Of a DNA stretch of 64,000 nt, positions 40,208-50,146 are shown piece by piece. Under the pieces are notes generated by a model. That model was not told the origin of the DNA and made no database searches. It saw only the letters and a list, made by a program, of their open reading frames with translations. The stretch comes from a candidate division FCPU426 bacterium. GTDB taxonomy: Bacteria; Oederibacteriota; Muellerivitia; Muellerivitales; Muellerivitaceae. Both the position numbers and the translations under genes were made by a program. The DNA lies in NCBI GenBank assembly GCA_963830915.1, contig CAWHOE010000019.1, forward strand, positions 1 through 64,000, in the 5' to 3' direction. Positions within the stretch are counted from its first letter, which is position 1, and every line of letters begins with the position of its first letter.

Positions 40208-42286
40208 ATGAAAAAGATCTCGATGGGTATGGCTTTTCTTATCCTTTGGATCATATTTCCGTCCATTGTGTCCGCCCTAAGTCCTATCGTTCAATTCCAG
40301 GACCTGGTGGCGGGGGAGGGACCATCGGGCTTCGCGGATGGCCCTTTTTACACGGCCCAGTTCGACCATCCTTGTGGTTTGGCGCTGGATCCGGACGGCA
40401 CCCACCTTTATGTGGCGGACCAGTCGAACAATCGTGTCCGTGTCATCCGATTGGATAACAAGAACGAGGTTCAAACCATCGCCGGAACGGGTGAATTGGG
40501 TAAAAAAGATGGTCCGGTTTCCCTGGCTTCTTTCTTCCAACCGAACGCGCTGGCCTGGCTTCCGGGCGGCCGGATCGCGGTCAACGACCAGGGGAACCGA
40601 TCGATCCGATCGATCGACCTTAAAAGCGGGACGGTTACCACCTTAGTGGGAGGGGCTTCGGCTGGACTGGAAGAAGGGGAAGGCCCGAAGGTCCAACTCG
40701 GGGACATTTGGAACATGGTTTATCTTCCTTCGGACGAACATCTTTATTTTTCACAGCCGGGCGCTGGCGTTCTCTCCAGGCTGGACCTGAAAACCGATCG
40801 TGTCGAGACCGTCATGAAGGCCAACGCTCAAGCGCCGAACCCGGCGGCTCTTTGCGTCTCGGATGGGAAGCTGTACTTGGCCGACCAAAAACTGGGTAAG
40901 ATATTCGAGGTCCAAGTCGTCGCGACAAAGACCGTTCCTTCTTCGGACAAGACACCCGCCTTGGCGACCCGGACGCCAGGGTTGACACCCATACCGACCT
41001 CGGTTCCCACGATGGCCGTCAGCATGCAATCCGTGGGACAGGCTCAGACCGTCATCGCCTTGGCAGGGTCCGGCAAGTCCCTTTACGCCTACCAGGCTGA
41101 CCCGGAAGCCCCGATCTTACGGGTATTTCCTGACTCCGGGCCCCTAACCTTTGTAACGGTCTGGCCGGGGGGGAGCAACGCGATCAAACATCCGGCTGCT
41201 TTCATGCCGCATTTCAGGGGAACGGGAAAGGACAGCCGGGTTGGTTTTGTTGGGGATCCCCGATCATCGATGCGTTTTTATGTTAGTAATCCAACTCTTT
41301 CGAACATCTGTAGTTTCCGCGACCTGAGGCTGAACAGCGTGGCGGGATCCAGTAATTCTGGAGGAATGGGTGATTACGATTATCCTTTCGCCAAACCAAT
41401 CGGTACTTACAGGATCTTATTGCTGGGCCGTTCTTACCTTTGTTATGTGACCCCAAACGCCGATGAGCAAAAATGCATGCCCTGCGCGGACAACAAAATG
41501 GCGGTCCTCGCGAAAAGGTTGGAGCTGACATTGAATACACTCGGCGCGTTGGAGGATTCTCCATTCCATTACGAGGTGTTCGACGGGTCAAAGGTCATGG
41601 ACCAACCGCTTTATCTATGGCCCTATTATGTGGATCCTCCTATCGTTCAAAAATATGACATCGACCTGACAATTGTCATGATGGATCCTAGTCAGGCCCT
41701 GAACACCTATTTCGTTTCGCCGATAAATTCAGAAGGTATCCCTACGGAAATGATCAATTACGATTTCATGCTCAAACCCAACGAGGAAAAGTTCAAGTCC
41801 GGCCCTTTGCATGATTTCTTTGAACTTTGCAAGGCCAAGAAACTGATCTCTATCTCAGCCGATAAGCAATGGGCTTTATCCGATTTAAACGCCATGGTTG
41901 CGGACCCGGAAGTCCGAAAGCCCCTTGTCGATCTCATCGGGAAACCGTTGGAAATGTTCCGGGAAAAACTGGACGCGATCCAAACTGCGTCTGGGAATTC
42001 ACACCATCTATTGTTGTGCTTGTTTCCAGTAACCGATGTTTATGACGGTGACCCTTTCGTCACAAAGGGGCAAAGACTATTTTGGAAAGAGCTGTGCCTG
42101 GCCAAGAAGATACCTTTCCTGGATATTTGCGACGATTTTAACGCGTTGCGTTTCACTTGTTTCCCGATCGCCGGCGACGATGGCGGAGACCATTTTGACG
42201 CTAATGGACACACGTTATTGAACACCGTTTTATCCCACGCCTTATTGAAGCAAAAATTGATCCCCTTCGAGGCTACCAAACCGTAG
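40208..42286 (+). CDS. NHL + SGNH-like protein, copy 7
   Basis: Signal peptide, LSPIVQFQDLVAGEG, RILLLGRSY, DHFD. Confidence 0.8.
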   Translation: MKKISMGMAFLILWIIFPSIVSALSPIVQFQDLVAGEGPSGFADGPFYTAQFDHPCGLALDPDGTHLYVADQSNNRVRVIRLDNKNEVQTIAGTGELGKKDGPVSLASFFQPNALAWLPGGRIAVNDQGNRSIRSIDLKSGTVTTLVGGASAGLEEGEGPKVQLGDIWNMVYLPSDEHLYFSQPGAGVLSRLDLKTDRVETVMKANAQAPNPAALCVSDGKLYLADQKLGKIFEVQVVATKTVPSSDKTPALATRTPGLTPIPTSVPTMAVSMQSVGQAQTVIALAGSGKSLYAYQADPEAPILRVFPDSGPLTFVTVWPGGSNAIKHPAAFMPHFRGTGKDSRVGFVGDPRSSMRFYVSNPTLSNICSFRDLRLNSVAGSSNSGGMGDYDYPFAKPIGTYRILLLGRSYLCYVTPNADEQKCMPCADNKMAVLAKRLELTLNTLGALEDSPFHYEVFDGSKVMDQPLYLWPYYVDPPIVQKYDIDLTIVMMDPSQALNTYFVSPINSEGIPTEMINYDFMLKPNEEKFKSGPLHDFFELCKAKKLISISADKQWALSDLNAMVADPEVRKPLVDLIGKPLEMFREKLDAIQTASGNSHHLLLCLFPVTDVYDGDPFVTKGQRLFWKELCLAKKIPFLDICDDFNALRFTCFPIAGDDGGDHFDANGHTLLNTVLSHALLKQKLIPFEATKP

Positions 42287-42319
42287 GATCGTCGAAAAAA
42301 CCTTGGAACGAGGTGAAAA

Positions 42320-43318
42320 ATGAAACTCAAAGGCAAGAAGATCCTGGTGACGGGAGCGGACGGCTTCATCGGAAGCCACTTGACCGAAGCCCTGGTGGAC
42401 CGAGGGTATGACGTCAGGGCATTCGTCTATTACAACTCGTTCAATAGCTGGGGCTGGCTGGACAGCTTTCCCAAGAATAAACTGAAAAAGATCGATGTTT
42501 TTCCGGGCGATGTCAGGGACCCCAACGGGGTCGAAAAGGCCATGAGGGATTGCGATGTGGTCTTTCATTTGGCCGCCTTGATCGCCATACCCTTTTCCTA
42601 CCATTCGCCCGATTCCTACGTGGATACCAACATCAAGGGAACCCTCAACATCCTTCAAGCGGCAAAGAAACTGAAGGTCAAGAGACTGTTGGTCACCTCG
42701 ACATCCGAGGTCTATGGCACCGCCCAGTATGTCCCTATCGATGAAAAACATCCTTATCAGGGGCAGTCGCCCTATAGCGCCACCAAGATCGGGGCGGACC
42801 GCCTGGCCGAGTCCTTCTGGCGGTCCTTCAACCTGCCTTTGGTCATCGTTCGTCCCTTCAATACTTATGGTCCCCGGCAGTCGGCCCGGGCCATCATCCC
42901 CACCGTCCTGACCCAGCTATTGACCGGGGTCAAAAAGATACAGCTGGGCAACCTGGAACCTACCCGGGACTTCAATTACGTCAAGGACGTGGCGGAGGCC
43001 TTCATCCGTATCGCCGAGGCGGACAAGGCCCTGGGAGAGGAGATCAATATCGCCTCCAACCAGGAAATATCCATCGGACAGCTGGCCGAACTGCTCATCC
43101 GGCTGACCAAAAGCAAGGCCAAGGTGGAGAAGGACCGGCAAAGGGTGAGGCCTGAGAAGTCCGAAGTGGAACGTCTTTGGGGAAGCAACGGAAAGCTCTA
43201 TTCATTGACCGATTGGCGCCCCAAATGGGACCTGGAAGCGGGGTTGAAAGAGACCCTGGAATGGTTCAAACGGTCTGAAAACCTCTCCCGCTACAAAGCC
43301 TGGCTGTATAATCTTTAG
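42320..43318 (+). CDS. NAD-dependent nucleotide-sugar 4,6-dehydratase (LegB-like SDR)
   Basis: TGADGFIGSHL, FVYYNSFNSWGWLD, TSEVYG, YSATK. Confidence 0.88.
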   Translation: MKLKGKKILVTGADGFIGSHLTEALVDRGYDVRAFVYYNSFNSWGWLDSFPKNKLKKIDVFPGDVRDPNGVEKAMRDCDVVFHLAALIAIPFSYHSPDSYVDTNIKGTLNILQAAKKLKVKRLLVTSTSEVYGTAQYVPIDEKHPYQGQSPYSATKIGADRLAESFWRSFNLPLVIVRPFNTYGPRQSARAIIPTVLTQLLTGVKKIQLGNLEPTRDFNYVKDVAEAFIRIAEADKALGEEINIASNQEISIGQLAELLIRLTKSKAKVEKDRQRVRPEKSEVERLWGSNGKLYSLTDWRPKWDLEAGLKETLEWFKRSENLSRYKAWLYNL

Positions 43319-43321
43319 ACC

Positions 43322-44035
43322 ATGAGAGCCATCCTCCTAGCCGGGGGCAAAGGCACGCGCCTGAGGCCCTACACCACGCTCATCCCGAAACCCCTTGTCC
43401 CATTGGGCGGGGAGATCTCCATCCTGGAGATCGTGCTCCAGCAATTGAAGAAGGCCGGGTTCACCCATATCACCCTGGCGGTCAACCATCTTTCCAAACT
43501 GATCATGGCCTATATCGGGGACGGTTCCCGTTGGGACCTCAAGATCGATTACTCCTTGGAAGAAAAACCCCTCAGTACCATCGGCCCCCTGACCCTGGTG
43601 AAGGACCTGCCCGAGCGATTCCTGGTGATGAATGGCGATGTGCTGACGGACCTGGACTTCAAAAAGTTCTATGACGACCACGCCAAGGCCGGGAGTCCCA
43701 TCACTGTGGCGGCCTTTAAAAGGGAAAACCTCATCGACTTCGGGGTGATGCGTTACGACAAGGACCATTTCCTGACGGGCTTCGAGGAGAAACCAGTCCA
43801 TTCCTACGATGTCAGCATGGGGGTCTATTGCCTGGATCGTTCGGTCATCGAAAAACTCCCCAAGGGTGAGAAATACGGTTTTGACGACCTGATGAAGGAT
43901 GGGTTGAAGAGCGGGGAAAAGGTCCGGATCCAACCTTTCAAAGGTTTTTGGCTGGATATCGGCCGGCCCGAGGATTACCAATACGCCGAGGACCATTTTC
44001 TCGAGATCAAAAAGACCCTCGGGCTGGTTCCATGA
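43322..44035 (+). CDS. Sugar-phosphate nucleotidyltransferase (mannose-1-phosphate guanylyltransferase-like)
   Basis: LAGGKGTRLRPYT..PKPL, MNGD, WLDIGRPEDY. Confidence 0.88.
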   Translation: MRAILLAGGKGTRLRPYTTLIPKPLVPLGGEISILEIVLQQLKKAGFTHITLAVNHLSKLIMAYIGDGSRWDLKIDYSLEEKPLSTIGPLTLVKDLPERFLVMNGDVLTDLDFKKFYDDHAKAGSPITVAAFKRENLIDFGVMRYDKDHFLTGFEEKPVHSYDVSMGVYCLDRSVIEKLPKGEKYGFDDLMKDGLKSGEKVRIQPFKGFWLDIGRPEDYQYAEDHFLEIKKTLGLVP

Positions 44036-44886
44036 AAGTCCTGATCACGGGCGCGGCGGGTTTTACGGGCCGCCATCTTTCCGCCCTTCTCTCGAAAGAG
44101 GCGGGGAACCAACTGGTCCTGATCGACCGAAAAGCTTCTCAAGGTATTTTGTCCTGCGACCTGGCCAAGCCCGAAGAGGTGGAAGGAACATTGAAGGATC
44201 AGGCTCCTGACCAGATCTACCACTTGGCCGGGACCTTTACCAATGACTATGGCCTGGATCACGCGTCCAATGTGGAAAGCTCCAAGAACCTGATGGACGC
44301 GGTCGTGAAACTGAAACTTAACCCCAAGATCCTGCTGGTGGGAAGCGCGGCAGAATATGGGGATGTTCCGGAAGCCGAGAATCCAGTGAAAGAAAACCGG
44401 CCCCTTCGCCCAGTCAGTGTCTATGGACTTACCAAGGCGATTCAGACCCAGCTGATGTTTTTTTACTCCGCGACGACCACCCTTCGTCTGGTGATGGCCC
44501 GGACCTTCAACCTTATGGGAAAGGGCGTGTCCGACCGCCTGTTTGTCGGTAAGATATATCAACAGATCGATGAGTTGAAAAAAGGCAAGCTTCAAAAGAT
44601 CACCACTGGTTTTCTGGGGGCTGAAAGGGACTATCTCCCGGTGGAGGAAGCGGTTCGAAAGTACAAGGTTCTGATGGAAATGGGCGCGCCCGGCGAGGTC
44701 TACAATGTCGGGAGCGGCAAGGGGATCAAGATGTCCAGCCTCCTCTACAAGATCCTGCAGGAGAACGGACTGTCCATGGACGTGGTCCTGGAAGGGGCGG
44801 TGGAAGCCACCCCCAAACACAATGTCATGAGGATGGTCGCGGATACTGGCAAGTTAACGGCGTTGGAAAGCGGGAAGAAACCATGA
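44032..44886 (+). CDS. NAD-dependent epimerase/reductase (Rmd/GDP-sugar reductase-like)
   Basis: ATGA overlap. ITGAAGFTG, GSAAEYG, YGLTK, RTFN. Confidence 0.8.
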   Translation: MKVLITGAAGFTGRHLSALLSKEAGNQLVLIDRKASQGILSCDLAKPEEVEGTLKDQAPDQIYHLAGTFTNDYGLDHASNVESSKNLMDAVVKLKLNPKILLVGSAAEYGDVPEAENPVKENRPLRPVSVYGLTKAIQTQLMFFYSATTTLRLVMARTFNLMGKGVSDRLFVGKIYQQIDELKKGKLQKITTGFLGAERDYLPVEEAVRKYKVLMEMGAPGEVYNVGSGKGIKMSSLLYKILQENGLSMDVVLEGAVEATPKHNVMRMVADTGKLTALESGKKP

Positions 44887-45821
44887 AAACCCTGACGGTC
44901 ATCAGCCCGGTCTATAACGAAGCCGAGGTCATCGAGCATTTCTGCGGGGAATTGAAAAAGGAACTGGGGAAACTCAAGGGGCGTTATAAAACCCATGTGC
45001 TTTTTGTCGTGGACAAGGGAACGGACGGGACCCTGGACGCCCTCCGCCGGGTCTGCCGGAAGGATAAAAGCGTTTCGGTCCTGGCCCTTTCCTCTCGTTT
45101 CGGGCACCAGATGTCACTGCTGGCTGGCATCGACCACGCCGATTCGGACGCGGTCGTCATGATGGACTGCGACCTTCAGCATCCCCCGGCGCTGATCCAT
45201 GAGATGGTCAAGGAGTATGAAAAGGGGAGCGCAGTGGTGTACGCGGTGAGGAAGGACACGGACGAGATCGGATGGTTCAAGCGCGCCGGGTCCCGGCTTT
45301 TCTATTGGTTCATCAATAAGATCTCGGATATTCCGATCAATGAGAACGCCGCCGATTTTCGGCTCATTTCCCGGCCTGTCCTGAAGGTATTGAAGGAGCA
45401 GGTCCGTGAAAGGAATATCTTCTTTAGGGGCATCATCAGCTGGCTCGGTTTCAAGCAGACACCGGTGGCTTTCACCGTGCAGAAAAGATACGCGGGAAGC
45501 ACCAAATATTCCCTTCATAATCTTCTTCGTCTCGGGAAATGGGGGGTCCTTTCCTTCAGCAAGAAACCCCTGCAGGCGGCGGTTTTCTTTGGGGTCCTGT
45601 TCGCCCTTTTCGCTTTCGTCAACGCGGCCGTAACCTTTGTCCAATACTTCATCTACAAATCCCTGCCATCCGGTTGGACCACCATCGTCATCCTGCTGTC
45701 CTTCCTGGGCGGGGTCCAGCTCATCTTTCTGGGCATCATCGGGGAATATATCGGCGGGATCTTCGATGAGGTGAAGGGACGGCCCCATTACATCGTCGAA
45801 GAAAAACTGAACCTTCGGTGA
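44883..45821 (+). CDS. GT2 polyprenyl-phosphate glycosyltransferase (GtrB-like)
   Basis: PVYNE, FGHQ, MDCDLQHPP, ADFRL, two C-terminal TMs, EVKGRPHY. Confidence 0.9.
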   Translation: MKTLTVISPVYNEAEVIEHFCGELKKELGKLKGRYKTHVLFVVDKGTDGTLDALRRVCRKDKSVSVLALSSRFGHQMSLLAGIDHADSDAVVMMDCDLQHPPALIHEMVKEYEKGSAVVYAVRKDTDEIGWFKRAGSRLFYWFINKISDIPINENAADFRLISRPVLKVLKEQVRERNIFFRGIISWLGFKQTPVAFTVQKRYAGSTKYSLHNLLRLGKWGVLSFSKKPLQAAVFFGVLFALFAFVNAAVTFVQYFIYKSLPSGWTTIVILLSFLGGVQLIFLGIIGEYIGGIFDEVKGRPHYIVEEKLNLR

Positions 45822-46660
45822 GCGCCTGTGTCCTTTGCGGCGGGAAGAAGAACCATCCCCTCTACGCGGGCGTTCTGCGGTGCGAGTCCTGCGGTTATGT
45901 CTTCGCCGATGTCCGTCTGACCGACCAACAACTCTTCAAGCTTTACCGACGGGATTATTTTTTCGGCGAGGAATACATCGATTACATCGCCGACCGGAAG
46001 GTGTTGGAAAAGAACTTCGCGTTGCGGTGGAAGGTCCTGCGGGGATTCCTGGAGCAACAATCCCACAAACGCCTATTGGAGATCGGATGCGCCCACGGAT
46101 TTTTCCTGAACATGGTTCGGGATGAGTTCGACGAGGTCCGGGGAATCGATGTTAGCGAGGACGGCATCAAGTACGCCAAGAAAACACTGGGGTTGCCGGT
46201 CGTCAGGGGGGACTTCCTTGAAAAATCCTTCGGCCGAAAAAAATTCGATTTGGTTTGTCTTTGGGATACCATCGAGCACCTGCGGGATCCCCATCTATAC
46301 CTGAGAAAGATCGCCCAGTTGACCCAGCCGGGTTCATTGGTCGCCATCACTACCGGGGATATCGAGAGTCCCAACGCCAGATTCCGAGGGCAAAAGTGGC
46401 GTCTGTTGCACCCGCCGACCCACCTGCATTATTTTTCCAAGAAAACCCTCGCGGCCCTGTTGGACCGGAACGGGTTCGACGTGGTTTATAGCCGATACTG
46501 CGGTTTTTACAGGAGCGTGGATAATATCGCTTATAACATCCTGGTCCTGCGCCAAAAGAAAAAATGGCTCTACGAGCTCATCAAAAAAAGCGGATTGGCA
46601 TCCTGGGATATATATCTGGATATGTTCGACATCCGTTATGTGATCGGCAGGAAACGGTGA
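45818..46660 (+). CDS. Class I SAM methyltransferase with N-terminal CxxC..CxxC
   Basis: CVLC/CESC, LLEIGCAHG, WDTIEHL, HLHYF. Confidence 0.88.
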   Translation: MSACVLCGGKKNHPLYAGVLRCESCGYVFADVRLTDQQLFKLYRRDYFFGEEYIDYIADRKVLEKNFALRWKVLRGFLEQQSHKRLLEIGCAHGFFLNMVRDEFDEVRGIDVSEDGIKYAKKTLGLPVVRGDFLEKSFGRKKFDLVCLWDTIEHLRDPHLYLRKIAQLTQPGSLVAITTGDIESPNARFRGQKWRLLHPPTHLHYFSKKTLAALLDRNGFDVVYSRYCGFYRSVDNIAYNILVLRQKKKWLYELIKKSGLASWDIYLDMFDIRYVIGRKR

Positions 46661-46765
46661 GATCAGGCCAGGGTTGGCCCATGGATTTGGCAATAATTCA
46701 TCGATTTGGCGGGGTTTTACTTCAATGGCAGAAATCTTTATTAACTAATTTGGTCATATTGGGAA

Positions 46766-46794
46766 TTATCAATGGGCATTACGCAGTGTATAAT
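46766..46794 (+). promoter_or_regulatory. Sigma70-type promoter TTATCA-N17-TATAAT
   Basis: Perfect -10, 4/6 -35 and 17-bp spacer, about 30 nt before GTG 46826. Confidence 0.55.
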
Positions 46795-46825
46795 CCAAGA
46801 GCGTTGACCATTTAACGAGGTAATA

Positions 46826-48304
46826 GTGATCTTCCAACACCGTTCCTATTTGCAGTTCTTATTGGTATCCGCTTTTTTCATTACGGCCTTCAACGGCACC
46901 CTTTATGGTCAGCCCGCGCCCGAGGTCAGCGACCCGGATTTGTCTTTGCCGCCGCCGCCGATCACAACCCCGACTACAGCCTCTCCAGCCGCGACTTCCG
47001 TTGGGACACCCGCCATCACCCCCCCTGTGGTCTCGGCCCCGGCGCCTTCCGCTAGCGACCCAGATTCGGCTTTGCCGCAACCAATGGTGACAACCCCGAC
47101 TCCGGCCTCTCCAACCGCGACTTCGGTTGGGACGCCCGCCAGCACCCCTAAGGTGGCCTCAACCCCGGCAGCGTCCACCGGCGCCCCGGACCTAGCTTTG
47201 CCTTCCATGCCCCCGACCCCCAGCCCTTATGAACAGGCCATGGCGTTATTCCAAAAGAAACAATATTCGGCATCCATCCCGCTTTTTCAACAAGCGGTCA
47301 AGGGAAACCCGGATGATTTCAGGGCCTTCTATTATTTGGGTTCGGCCCAGCTTTTGACCAAAGATAAACGGAACGGGATCGTATCCCTGTCCATTTCTTG
47401 TCAAAAGAGGCCCAACGTCAAATTGAGCGCCTATGTCAAACGGTTGATGGGCACACTTACGGACCAGGAACAACAATGGGTGGAGGCGAAGGTACAGGCT
47501 TTCATGACCGGGAAGAAGATGGATCTTCCCGATTTTGTCAATTATCCGGAATTCGGCATTCGTGTGGAATCTGGCATGGTGCTCATGAATCTGGCTGATT
47601 TCAAGGCGGAAGCCCAGTCGGGAGCGGCATTTGGGAATGTTCAAGAGACCTATGACCCGGGTTATCGTTACGTGGGAATGGTGCCGACATCATTCCCGAG
47701 TTTCAACCTGGAACCAGTGGTGAAATTGGGAACTCATTTCGAGGTGGGTTTGCCGGTTGCTTATACGCCGGTGGGCACAGTTTCAGAAACTATCCAAAGC
47801 AGTCTCTACGGAAACAGCTCCCAGTCTTTCGCCATCAGCGCTTATTCCATAGGCCTGAACGCCCGGTACCTGGCCGGAGAAGGGGACTTGCAGGCTTTTC
47901 TCGCGGGCGGGCCGCTGGTGGTGCCGGTCATGATGAACGTCACTTGCTCGAACTATCCAATTTTAACTCCTTTCTACCCCAATGGTTTAGGCTCGGGTAC
48001 TGGCAATTTTTCGTGTGTTGCCGTGGGAGGGCAGGCCCAGGTGGGTCTGGATTGGCATTTGGATGATCATTTCCTGGTATCCCCCTCGCTCGGCTACCAA
48101 TGGGTTGTAGCGAACGATTTCACAGGAACCCTGGCGGGGAGCGGAAATACGGTAAAATCACGGCTTGAATTCAATACCAATCCGGTCAACGGCAGTCAAA
48201 TCACCCAAGTGCCAGTTGGGAACCCGGATCCGAGCGGCATGCGGCCCCTTCAGGTTGATTTGAGTGGTATTATTATCGGGCTATATCTTTCAGCTTTTTT
48301 TTAG
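46826..48304 (+). CDS. Exported protein: Pro/Thr-rich repeats + TPR + putative outer-membrane beta-barrel
   Basis: Signal peptide, duplicated ~42-aa SDPD..LP..TTPT.ASP.ATSVGTPA, TPR (YEQAMALF..AFYYLG), amphipathic strands ending LYLSAFF. Confidence 0.65.
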   Translation: MIFQHRSYLQFLLVSAFFITAFNGTLYGQPAPEVSDPDLSLPPPPITTPTTASPAATSVGTPAITPPVVSAPAPSASDPDSALPQPMVTTPTPASPTATSVGTPASTPKVASTPAASTGAPDLALPSMPPTPSPYEQAMALFQKKQYSASIPLFQQAVKGNPDDFRAFYYLGSAQLLTKDKRNGIVSLSISCQKRPNVKLSAYVKRLMGTLTDQEQQWVEAKVQAFMTGKKMDLPDFVNYPEFGIRVESGMVLMNLADFKAEAQSGAAFGNVQETYDPGYRYVGMVPTSFPSFNLEPVVKLGTHFEVGLPVAYTPVGTVSETIQSSLYGNSSQSFAISAYSIGLNARYLAGEGDLQAFLAGGPLVVPVMMNVTCSNYPILTPFYPNGLGSGTGNFSCVAVGGQAQVGLDWHLDDHFLVSPSLGYQWVVANDFTGTLAGSGNTVKSRLEFNTNPVNGSQITQVPVGNPDPSGMRPLQVDLSGIIIGLYLSAFF

Positions 48305-48325
48305 AGAGGATCGTGGAAAGGGTTC

Positions 48326-50032
48326 ATGAGGAATTTTCGAGTTAATTTCATATCGTTTTTAATGCTTGTAGCCGTGGGTTTACTTCCGATGGCCTGCCAT
48401 AACACCTACAAGAACAATCCAACCATGCCTATGGGTATGACGGCCACCTTGAGCCCGACCAATACTATTTTCAATACCACGACAAATACGGCCACTGCTA
48501 CCAACACTCGGACGGCTACTTATAGCCCCACCATTACTTTTACAGCCACCCTGACCATCTCGCCGACCTCCACCGCGACCGCGACCATGACCCCCACCCC
48601 GACCGACTCACAGACGGCCACCAATAGTCCAACCAATACCAATACTCCCACGATCACCTTTACTCCAACTCTTACCGATACCACGACCGCTACATCGACC
48701 GCGACCAACACATCGACATTCACCGACACTTTCACCCCGACCGATAGCGCGACCAATACCATGACCTCCACCAGCACATTAACCCCGACACCCTCGCCGA
48801 CCGCCACCAACTCTTCGACCCTTACCGATACCTTGACCCCGACGTCTTCCTTTACCCCGACCGATACTCCGACGAATACCTCGACGGCGACCCTAACCTA
48901 TACCCCAACGAATACGGCGACTGTTACTGCCACTTTGACGCCAACTAATTCCGCGACCTTGACTGACACCTATACCCCGACCAATACAACGACCAATACA
49001 GCGACCCAAACGTTGACGAATACCCCAACCATTACCGATACACCGACTGATACCGCGACCGCAACCGCCACTAAGACCACGACTAACACGGGTACGGTCA
49101 CGGACACCTATACCCCCACCAACACCAGGACAAACACGGCTACCCAAACCCCGACGAACACCACTACTATTACCTCTACCCCGACGAACAGCGCTACATC
49201 GACAGCTACCCAGACCGGGACCAATACGGGAACCATCACCGATACCTTTACACCAACTAATACTCGGACTAACACGGCCACTCAAACCCCGACCACCACC
49301 ACCACCATTACGTCTACCCCGACGAACAGCGCAACTTGGACGGCCACTAAGACTGCTACCAACACGGGTACTATCACGGATACTTATACTCCGCTCGATA
49401 CCCAGACCTCAACCAATACGGCGACCATCACGTCTACCCCCACGAACAGCGCGACATCGACCGCCACCAAGACCGCGACCAATACGGGAACCATCACGGA
49501 CACATTCACGCCTACCAACACCAGGACCATCACGGTCACTTATACTGCGACCTACACCCCGACTATAACGGCGACCATGACCGCGACGAAAACTGCCACC
49601 ATCACATTCACTCCAACGAACACCACGACGATCACTCCGACCAAAACCGCGACCAATACGGGAACCATTACAGACACCTATACCCCGCTCAACACTCCAA
49701 CGAATACGGCCACCAAGACCCCGACGAATACGGCCACCATAACCGACACTCCGACCAATACCGCCACCATGACGGCCACCAAGACGGCGACCAATACGGG
49801 GACCATCACCGATACATTCACGCCCACTAACACAAGGACCATCACCGACACGAATACCCCGACCAGCACACCCACGAATTCGGCGACCCAAACCCCCACT
49901 AAAACCGGATCTAATACACCAACCATTACTTCTACATTCACTCCGACTAACACGAGAACAAATACGGCCACGTTGACTCCGACCGCTACTCCCACTTTTA
50001 CAACCACCAATACACCGACAAACACGCCTTAA
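48326..50032 (+). CDS. Threonine-rich (T-x repeat) mucin-like lipoprotein
   Basis: Lipobox-like LPMAC (Cys24), then ~530 aa with Thr at roughly every second position. Confidence 0.75.
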   Translation: MRNFRVNFISFLMLVAVGLLPMACHNTYKNNPTMPMGMTATLSPTNTIFNTTTNTATATNTRTATYSPTITFTATLTISPTSTATATMTPTPTDSQTATNSPTNTNTPTITFTPTLTDTTTATSTATNTSTFTDTFTPTDSATNTMTSTSTLTPTPSPTATNSSTLTDTLTPTSSFTPTDTPTNTSTATLTYTPTNTATVTATLTPTNSATLTDTYTPTNTTTNTATQTLTNTPTITDTPTDTATATATKTTTNTGTVTDTYTPTNTRTNTATQTPTNTTTITSTPTNSATSTATQTGTNTGTITDTFTPTNTRTNTATQTPTTTTTITSTPTNSATWTATKTATNTGTITDTYTPLDTQTSTNTATITSTPTNSATSTATKTATNTGTITDTFTPTNTRTITVTYTATYTPTITATMTATKTATITFTPTNTTTITPTKTATNTGTITDTYTPLNTPTNTATKTPTNTATITDTPTNTATMTATKTATNTGTITDTFTPTNTRTITDTNTPTSTPTNSATQTPTKTGSNTPTITSTFTPTNTRTNTATLTPTATPTFTTTNTPTNTP

Positions 50033-50146
50033 TCAAAACCGAAATAGAAAAAAATTAAATCATCGGGCCAATAAGAGTTCCACTGGAATATGGAATGATC
50101 GATGAATTATTGGTTGGTATGGGTAAAGCTGAAGATGTGAAATGTT

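Noticed and set aside
8244..42286. Diversity-generating retroelement or invertase shuffling behind paralog variation
   Set aside because: No reverse transcriptase, recombinase, template repeat or inversion sites are seen, and divergence is spread across the genes.
48520..50025. Val/Gly-rich reverse-strand ORFs
   Set aside because: Antisense mirror of the Thr-rich gene.
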